Source: Eledone cirrhosa
Taxonomy: Eukaryota
Assembly: GCA_964016885.1 (NCBI GenBank)
Contig: OZ024749.1
Coordinates: 11,656,001-11,720,000 of the forward strand
Direction of reading: 5' to 3'
DNA length: 64,000 bases
Shown: one piece after another, positions 1-64,000 of the stretch
How positions within the stretch are numbered: position 1 is the first letter of the stretch
Layout: every line of letters starts with the position of its first letter
Position numbers and translations under genes: made by a program
Notes under the pieces: model-generated
What the model was told of the DNA's origin: nothing
The model's database searches: none
The model's input: only the letters and a program-made list of their open reading frames with translations

Positions 1-77
1 CGAACAAGACGAATACGAAAAACATCCTCATTCGTTCATCTGGTAATGAAGTAATTATATTGTATTGTTTATTATAC

Positions 78-137
<60 letters not shown>

Positions 138-359
138 TACATACACACAGACATGATAAATCCAGTGAAGCAGACGAGATATTTCCATTTTCGTTCATTC
201 GAGATCTTTCGTCGTCAATGAAACTTAAAGGAAAATACGGAGAAACTCTAACATAACTCACATCAGAAGATATTTCCGTTTTTATCTTCATGTTTGTCAT
301 GATCAGACGTTCCACATTGGACCATCTCTTCCGTATATATACGACTGTCTTCTCTCTGT

Positions 360-805
360 TATATTATATTATATATTATAATGTACTGGGTAATTGCTGG
401 CCTTGTGCCAAAAAGTAGAAACAATTATATATTATATTGTATTATATTGTATTATATTATATTATATTATATTGTATTGTATTATATTGTATCATATCAT
501 ATTATATTATATTACATTATAGTACCAGTAATGCACTGGGTAATTGCTGGCTTTGTGCCTAACGTAGAAACAATTATATTATATTATAATATATTACATT
601 GCATTATATTATAATATATTATATTATATTATATTATATATTATATCATATTATATTATATTATATTATATTATAATACATTATATTACATTGCATTATA
701 TTATATTATATTATATTATAATATATTACATTGCATTATATTATATTACATTACATTATATCATATTATATTACATTATATCATATTACATTATATTACA
801 TTTAC
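360..805. repeat. (ATATT)n microsatellite with embedded SINE 3' tails (about 381-425 and 521-575)
   Basis: Pentamer repeat seen directly; the inserts match the SINE tail ctgggtaattgctggccttgtgccaaaagtagaaacaatta. Confidence 0.9.
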
Positions 806-1758
806 CTTATTACCTGTATTAAATGTCTGTATTATTACCTGTATTATATGTCTCTGTTATTACCTTATTTACCTCTATTATATGTCTCTATTTATTTGTA
901 TTATTTATCTGTATTATATGTGCAGTCTTACAATTATAACATTTTATTTTATCTTATAAACATACAGACGTATTGGAAGATTTAAACATTTTTTTTTTAG
1001 TTTTCCATTTCTGAAATATTTGAAGCAGACGATGAATAAAAAAAATATTTCTCTGACACTAACTAAAACAGCCAGGTTTCATAATATAATTAATATAATA
1101 TAATATAATCTAATGTAGTGTAGTGTAATGTAATGTAATGTAATATAATCTAAACTATAATAAAGTAAGGAGCGCGGGACTGCGTACGGTTTATAATTTG
1201 TTATCCCCTTAGTAAAATAAGGTGGATTATTTTGAATAAATAATGAATGAATATTACATAATTTATCTACTAAATTTCGTGGCTGTTCATTAAATATATT
1301 TTATTACTTATTTAAAGATTCACTTCTTTAAAATTTTCAAATGTCAACACTTCCGGTTAGCGATCGTTTAAATAAACATTCATATATTTCTGTCACTAAT
1401 TTTCTCCTAATGCAGTTTATATATAATATTGTCTTTTTTTAAATATATCATGGATTACGTTACTGATTACATAAGACAATGTAACACAGTCTTCGTTCAA
1501 TTTCTGTTTATATTGTCAATTATGATTTTATTTGATGTATCATATCTGCATGTATATATACTTGTGTATAATATCAATATACACATTACACATGCTAGCA
1601 GAAGGGTGGTTTTTCTGCTAGTGTAATGTAATGTAGTATAGTATAGTATAATATAATATAATATAGTATAGTATAATATAGTATAGTATAGTATAATATA
1701 ATATAATATAATGTAATGTAGTGTAGTGTAGTGTAGTGAAATGTAATATAATATAATA

Positions 1759-2146
1759 TAATTGTTTCTACTTTTGGCACAAGGCCAGCAATTATCTCAG
1801 TGTATTACTGGTACTTTATTTTATCGACCCCGTAAGGTGAAAGGCAAAGATAACCTCGGCGGGATTTGAACTCGGACCATAAAGGGCCGTAACTCTTTGC
1901 TGCAAAGTATGGTGTCCGACTCTCTACCGATACTGCCAATCCTAGTTTCTGATTTTGGCACAAGGCCAGCGATTTTTGGTGGGGAGGGGAAAGTTGATTA
2001 AATTGACCCCAGTGTATTACTGGTGTTTTATTTTATCGACCCCATAAGGATGAAAGGCAAAGTTAACCCAGGTCGAATTTGAACCCAGATCATAAAGGGC
2101 CGTAACTCTCTGCTGCAAAGCATGGCGTCCGACCCTCTACTGATAC
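1759..2146 (-). mobile_element. Two tandem tRNA-derived SINEs with Nin/Deu-like core
   Basis: Reverse complement of tRNA-like head (ggattggcagtatcggtagag ... gagttcaaatcccgcc), core gcctttcatccttacggggtcgataaaataaagtaccag, and tail. Confidence 0.8.
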
Positions 2147-2382
2147 TATAGTATGATATAATATGATATGATATAACCAGAGGTGTAAGTATGGAAATTA
2201 ACGCCTATGGCAAATATTGAATTTGCACCCCTCTCCATGCAGTAAGCTATATAGTTAGACAATGGGATTGACAGCGCAATTTAAATTGAGGGTCTAGGGT
2301 ATTAAACTGCATTTTAATTTGTTCTCCAGGTATCCTTTATGCTTAAGTATATGTAAAATATTGGCAATAGTGTTAGAGTATT

Positions 2383-3448
2383 TAAAGGGAGTGATCTGTG
2401 TAATACTGATCTTTGACACATATTAAAGGGAGTGATATGTGTAATACTGATCTGTGACAAATATTAAAGGGAGTGATCTGTGTAATACTGATCTTTGACA
2501 AATATTAAAGGGAGTGATCTGTGTAATAGTGATCTGTGACATATATTAAAGGGAGTGATCTGTGTAATACTGATCTGTGACAAATATTAAAGGGAGTGAT
2601 CTGTGTAATACTGATCTTTGACAAATATTAAAGGGAGTGATCTGTGTAATAGTGATCTGTGACACATATTAAAGGGAGTGATCTGTGTAATACTGATCTT
2701 TGACAAATATTAAAGGGAGTGATCTGTGTAATAGTGATCTGTGACACATATTAAAGGGAGTGATATGTGTAATACTGATCTGTGACAAATATTAAAGGGA
2801 GTGATCTGTGTAATACTGATCTTTGACAAATATTAAAGGGAGTGATCTGTGTAATAGTGATCTGTGACACATATTAAAGGGAGTGATCTGTGTAATACTG
2901 ATCTGTGACACATATTAAAGGGAGTGATCTGTGTAATATTGATCTGTGACATATATTAAAGGGAGTGATCTGTGTAATAGTGATCTGTGACATATATTAA
3001 AGGGAGTGATCTGTGTAATACTGATCTGTGACATATATTAAAGGGAGTGATCTGTGTAATACTGATCTGTGACATATATTAAAGGGAGTGATCTGTGTAA
3101 TACTGATCTGTGACATATATTAAAGGGAGTGATCTGTGTAATACTGATCTGTGACAAATATTAAAGGGAGTGATCTGTGTAATACTGATCTTTGACAAAT
3201 ATTAAAGGGAGTGATCTGTGTAATACTGATATGTGACATATTAAAGGGAGTGATCTGTGTAATACTGATCTGTGACATATATTAAAGGGAGTGATCTGTG
3301 TAATATGATCTGTGACATATATTAAAGGGAGTGATCTGTGTAATACTGATCTGTGACAAATATTAAAGGGAGTGATCTGTGTAATACTGATCTGTGACAC
3401 ATATTAAAGGGAGTGATCTGTGTAATACTGATCTGTGACAAATATTAA
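2383..3448. repeat. 41-bp minisatellite, about 26 copies
   Basis: Unit tattaaagggagtgatctgtgtaatactgatctgtgacaaa. Confidence 0.95.
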
Positions 3449-3667
3449 AACCCTATTAAAATATTTGACAAGTCATACTATGAGGTATGCCTCTGTGGTC
3501 ATGTAGTTCCCAGCACTGTATTTTTACCTATGGAGGTCTAATAATGTATATAAATGGTTTAATGATCCAGCCACCATAGTGTTCTCTCCCATGATAGAGA
3601 CAGGTCATACATCTGTAGAAGTTTCTTTTTTCACTCTGACGCAGCTTATCTGACTTTAATAGAACAT

Positions 3668-3908
3668 GCCCCTAGTCCAGGTAGCACCCCCTTCATGTGG
3701 CACTTCTAGTCCAGGTGGCACCCCCTTCATGTGGCACTCCTAGTCTAGGTGGTGCTCCCTTCATGTGGCATTCCTAGTCCAGGTGACACCCCCTTCATGT
3801 GGTGCTCCCTTTATGTAGCACTCCTAGTCCAGGTGGTGCTCAGGTGGCACCCTCTTCATGTGGTGCTCATAGTCCAGGTGGCGCTCCCTTCATGTGGCAC
3901 TCCTAGTT
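3668..3908. repeat. Degenerate ~34-bp tandem repeat
   Basis: cctagtccaggtggcacccccttcatgtggcact repeated with variants. Confidence 0.8.
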
Positions 3909-3956
3909 CAAGTCATTATCATTGTCATCATTATCATTTATTGTCTAGTTTGCTTG

Positions 3957-5281
3957 CATGGGTTAGACAGGTTGTCCTGTTCTGGGACATGTCAAGTCAG
4001 TGGACCGTGTCTTTTATGGGTTAGACAGGTTGTCCTGTTCTGAGACATGTCAGTGGACCATGTCTTACATGGGTTAGACAGGTTGTCCTGTTCTGAGACA
4101 TGTCAGTGGACCACGTCTTACATGGGTTAGACAGGTTGTCCTGTTCTGAGACATGTCAGTGGACCATGTCTTACATGGGTTAGACAGGTTGTCCTGTTCT
4201 GGGACATGTCAAGTCAGTGGACCGTGTCTTACATGGGTTAGACAGGTTGTCCTGTTCTGAGACATGTCAGTGGACCACGTCTTACATGGGTTAGACAGGT
4301 TGTCCTGTTCTGAGACATGTCAGTGGACCACGTCTTACATGGGTTAGACAGGTTGTCCTGTTCTGAGACATGTCAGTAGACCACGTCTTACATGGGTTAG
4401 ACAGGTTGTCCTGTTCTGAGACATGTCAGTGGACCACGTCTTACATGGGTTAGACAGGTTGTCCTGTTCTGAGACATGTCAGTGGACCATGTCTTACATG
4501 GGTTAGACAGGTTGTCCTGTTCTGAGACATGTCAATGGACCATGTCTTACATGGGTTAGACAGGTTGTCATGTTCTGAGACATGTCAGTGGACCACGTCT
4601 TACATGGGTTAGACAGGTTGTCCTGTTCTGAGACATGTCAGTGGACCATGTCTTACATGGGTTAGACAGGTTGTCATGTTCTGAGACATGTCAGTGGACC
4701 ATGTCTTACATGGGTTAGACAGGTTGTCATGTTCTGAGACATGTCAGTGGACCATGTCTTACATGGGTTAGACAGGTTGTCATGTTCTGGGACATGCCAG
4801 TGGACCATGTCTTACATGGGTTAGACAGGTTGTCATGTTCTGAGACATGTCAGTGGACCATGTCTTACATGGGTTAGACAGGTTGTCCTGTTCTGAGACA
4901 TGTCAGTGGACCATGTCTTACATGGGTTAGACAGGTTGTCATGTTCTGAGACATGTCAATGGACCATGTCTTACATGGGTTAGACAGGTTGTCCTGTTCT
5001 GAGACATGTCAGTGGACCATGTCTTACATGGGTTAGACAGGTTGTCCTGTTCTGAGACATGTCAATGGACCATGTCTTACATGGGTTAGACAGGTTGTCC
5101 TGTTCTGAGACATGTCAGTGGACCATGTCTTACATGGGTTAGACAGGTTGTCATGTTCTGAGACATGTCAGTGGACCATGTCTTACATGGGTTAGACAGG
5201 TTGTCCTGTTCTGAGACATGTCAGTGGACCATGTCTTACATGGGTTAGACAGGTTGTCATGTTCTGAGACATGTCAATGGA
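3957..5281. repeat. 53-bp minisatellite (about 25 copies) inside an RTE-related SINE copy
   Basis: Unit catgggttagacaggttgtcctgttctgagacatgtcagtggaccatgtctta; SINE tail on the left flank, SINE body on the right. Confidence 0.95.
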
Positions 5282-5751
5282 TTCTGATTTTGACTTGGTC
5301 TTTTATGGCTTGATACCCTTCTTAATGCCAACAACCTTACAGGGTGGACTGGTGCTTTTTTGTTGTGTCTCCAGAACTACCACTTTAGCTGGGGGACTGG
5401 GTACTTTTTGTTGTGTCACCAGCACTACCACTTTACATTTAGTTTTGTGTTTCTGTTGAATTATTTTGGCAGATATAGACAACACTCTGTTGACAGAAAA
5501 TACATCTTATAATATTTAAAATATTCTCCACTCTTCCTTTTTGTGTTCCATGAATTCTAAATAAAAATTTTATAACTTTTTTGTGAGACTGTTGTTGGTG
5601 TTTATGTGACAGGCAGACATCCAATCATTAATGTATTGATTATTTTATTATCTAGATTGACCATGTGTTGAAACTATCAATCTGGAAGATTTGTTATTCA
5701 ACTGATATTTTATGAGAAGTGTTCTTAAACATATTCTGATTCACCACAATT

Positions 5752-61593
<55,842 letters not shown>

Positions 61594-61608
<15 letters not shown>

Positions 61609-61797
61609 GTAAGTTGTAAGGGGGTGGCAGAGTTGTTAGAATATCAGATATAGAATGATTTATCTGATTACCCCCTGGTAAGTTGTTAGGGGGTGACAGA
61701 GTTGTTAGAATATCAGATAGAATGATTTGTCTTATTACCCCCTGGTAAGTTGTTAGGGGGTGGCAGAGTTATTAGAATATCAGATAGAAAGATTTGC
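61594..61797 (+). repeat. Three tandem copies (~68 bp) spanning the exon end and splice donor
   Basis: cctg|gtaagttgt.agggggtggcagagttgttagaatatcagata at about 61605, 61674 and 61741. Confidence 0.85.
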
Positions 61798-61914
61798 CGT
61801 ATTCCAGCTTTCTACACTCTCTCACTTCAAATACAAAAATCAACTTTACCTTTCATCCTTTTCAGGTTGATCACTATATCTCTTTATCACTCTCTCTTCT
61901 AGTTTGAAGTAATA

Positions 61915-62840
61915 GGGGTATCAGGGTGGTATCTGGGTGGTCTGTAGAAGTGGTATCAGGGTGGTCTGTAGAAGGGGTGGTCTGGTGGTCTGTAGAAGTG
62001 GTATCAGGGTGGTCTGTAGAAGGGGTGACTGGGTGGTATGGTGGTCTGTAGAATGGGTGGTCTGGTGATCTGTAGAAGGGGTGGCTGGGTGGTCTGGTGG
62101 TCTGTAGAATTGGTGGCTGAGTGGTCTGGTGGTCTGTAGAAGGGGTGGTCTGGTGGTCTGTAGAAGGGGTGGTCTGGTGGTCTGTAGAAGGGGTGGCTGA
62201 GTGGTCTGGTGGTCTGTAGAAGGGGTGGTCTGGTGGTCTGTAGAAGGGGTGGTCTGGTGGTCTGTAGAAGGGGTGGCTTAGTGGTCTGGTGGTCTGGTGG
62301 TCTGTAGAAGGGGTGGCTGAGTGGTCCGGTGGTCTGTAGAAGGGGTGGTCTGGTGGTCTGTAGAAGGGGTGGCTGGGTGGTCTGGTGGTCTGTTGAAGGG
62401 GTGGCTGGGTGGTCTGTAGAAGGAGTGACTGGGTGGTCTGTAGAAGGGGTGGCTGAGTGGTCCGGTGGTCTGTAGAAGAGGTGGCTGGGTGGTCTGGTGG
62501 TCTGTAGAAGGGGTGGTCTGGTGGTCTGTAGAAGGGGTGGTCTGGTGGTCTGTAGAAGGGGTGGCTTGGTGGTCTGTAGAAGGGTGGTCTGGTGGTCTGT
62601 AGAAGGGGTGGCTTGGTGGTCTGTAGAAGGGGTGGTCTGGTGGTCTGTAGAAGGGGTGGCTTGGTGGTCTGTAGAAGGGGTGGCTGAGTGGTCTGGTGGT
62701 CTGTAGAAGGGGTGGCTTGGTGGTCTGTAGAAGGGGTGGCTGAGTGGTCTGGTGGTCTGGTGGTCTGGTGGTCTGTAGAAGGGGTGGCTTGGTGGTCTGT
62801 AGAAGGGATGGCTGAGTGGTCTGGTGGTCTGGTGGTCTGT
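61915..62840. repeat. G-rich ~24-bp minisatellite with 8-bp subunits
   Basis: tggtggtctgtagaaggggtggtc and variants. Confidence 0.95.
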
Positions 62841-62920
62841 TTTGACAGATATTAGAAATGGCAATAAATTAAAAAAAAATTTAGAACTCATATTTTAAGA
62901 AAGAAAACTGTTTAACTTTT

Positions 62921-63572
62921 CATGACCATCTAATGACCATCTTATGACCATACTTCTAATGACCATCCAATGACCATCTAATGACCATCTTATGACTATC
63001 TAATGACCATACTTCTAATGATCATCTAATGACCCTCTAAGGGCCATACTGCTAATGGCCATCTAATGACCATATTTCTTATAACCAACTAATGGCCATC
63101 TAATGACTATTTAATGATCATAGTTCTAATGACCATTTAATGATCATATTTCTAATGACCATCTTATGATGATGTAATGACCACCTAATGACCACCTAAT
63201 GATCATCTTATGACCATACATCTAATGACCACCTAATAACCATCCAATGACCAACTAATGACCATCCAATGACCATCCAATGACCATCCAATGACCATCC
63301 AATGACTATCTAATGACCATCTAATGACCATCTAATGACCATCAAATGACCATCTAATGGCCATCTAATGGCCATCTAATGGCCATCTAATGACCATACT
63401 TCTAATAACCATCTAATGACCATCTAATGGCCATCTAATGACCATACATCTAATGACCATCAAATGACCATCTAATGGCCATCTAATGGCCATCTAATGG
63501 CCATCTAATGACCATCTAATGGCCATCTAATGGCCATCTAATGACCATACTTCTAATAACCATCTAATGACA
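62921..63572. repeat. 11-bp minisatellite
   Basis: ctaatgaccat and variants. Confidence 0.9.
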
Positions 63573-64000
63573 TACACTGTATTTTACTTAATTAATGAAG
63601 AATCTTGAGAGATTTCCTCTAATTCTTAATAGTTTTGGCTTGATTGCTACGAAAAGGGTTAATTGAAACTGAGGGTGACCAATATAGAAATTTGTAGAAC
63701 CAAGAACAGTTTCAGGGGTTTGGTATTAAAGGTGTTAAATAATTTGAATGCAGTTTATTTTATTAAAAATAAAGTCTTGAAAGGGAGAAGAGAAAAAGAA
63801 GTTTATCATTGATGAGTATATTGATAATAGAATATAAAATCAATAGATTTGCTAACAGCTGCCAGTTTATTGATATCCTGAATGTTACAGGGTAGAGTAT
63901 TAAGTAATAATGAAACAAATGTATTGATTCAGAAACATAGGGTGGCCACAGCAGGGCTGTATGGGTAACATGTTTGTTTTGTTCTTATAAGGTGCTGTGT

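Noticed and set aside
65-985. Ile/Tyr-rich ORFs (also 32083-32553 and others)
   Set aside because: They are translations of (TA)n, (CA)n and (ATATT)n microsatellites.

Overview
Repeat-rich eukaryotic DNA. The SINE/LINE complement points to a coleoid cephalopod, probably Octopus (inference). The window holds the 5' part of one spliced + strand gene that the ORF track misses: 9 well-supported exons plus 2 tentative 5' exons, with consistent splice phases and about 389 codons. Its translation resembles the N-terminal third of the meiotic crossover factor SHOC1/ZIP2 (C9orf84). The introns contain three RTE-type LINE families, CR1-like LINEs, a CRE-like fragment, Penelope-like (GIY-YIG) remnants, Helitron and mariner fragments, piggyBac-like MITEs, two tRNA-SINE families and about a dozen minisatellites, one of 10.3 kb. 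Less obvious features: at least six minimal type I hammerhead ribozymes (two form the arms of a near-perfect palindrome), three long fold-back palindromes, several inverted TE pairs, and minisatellites that grew from sub-segments of otherwise intact TEs. The long repetitive ORFs in the track are by-products of tandem repeats.
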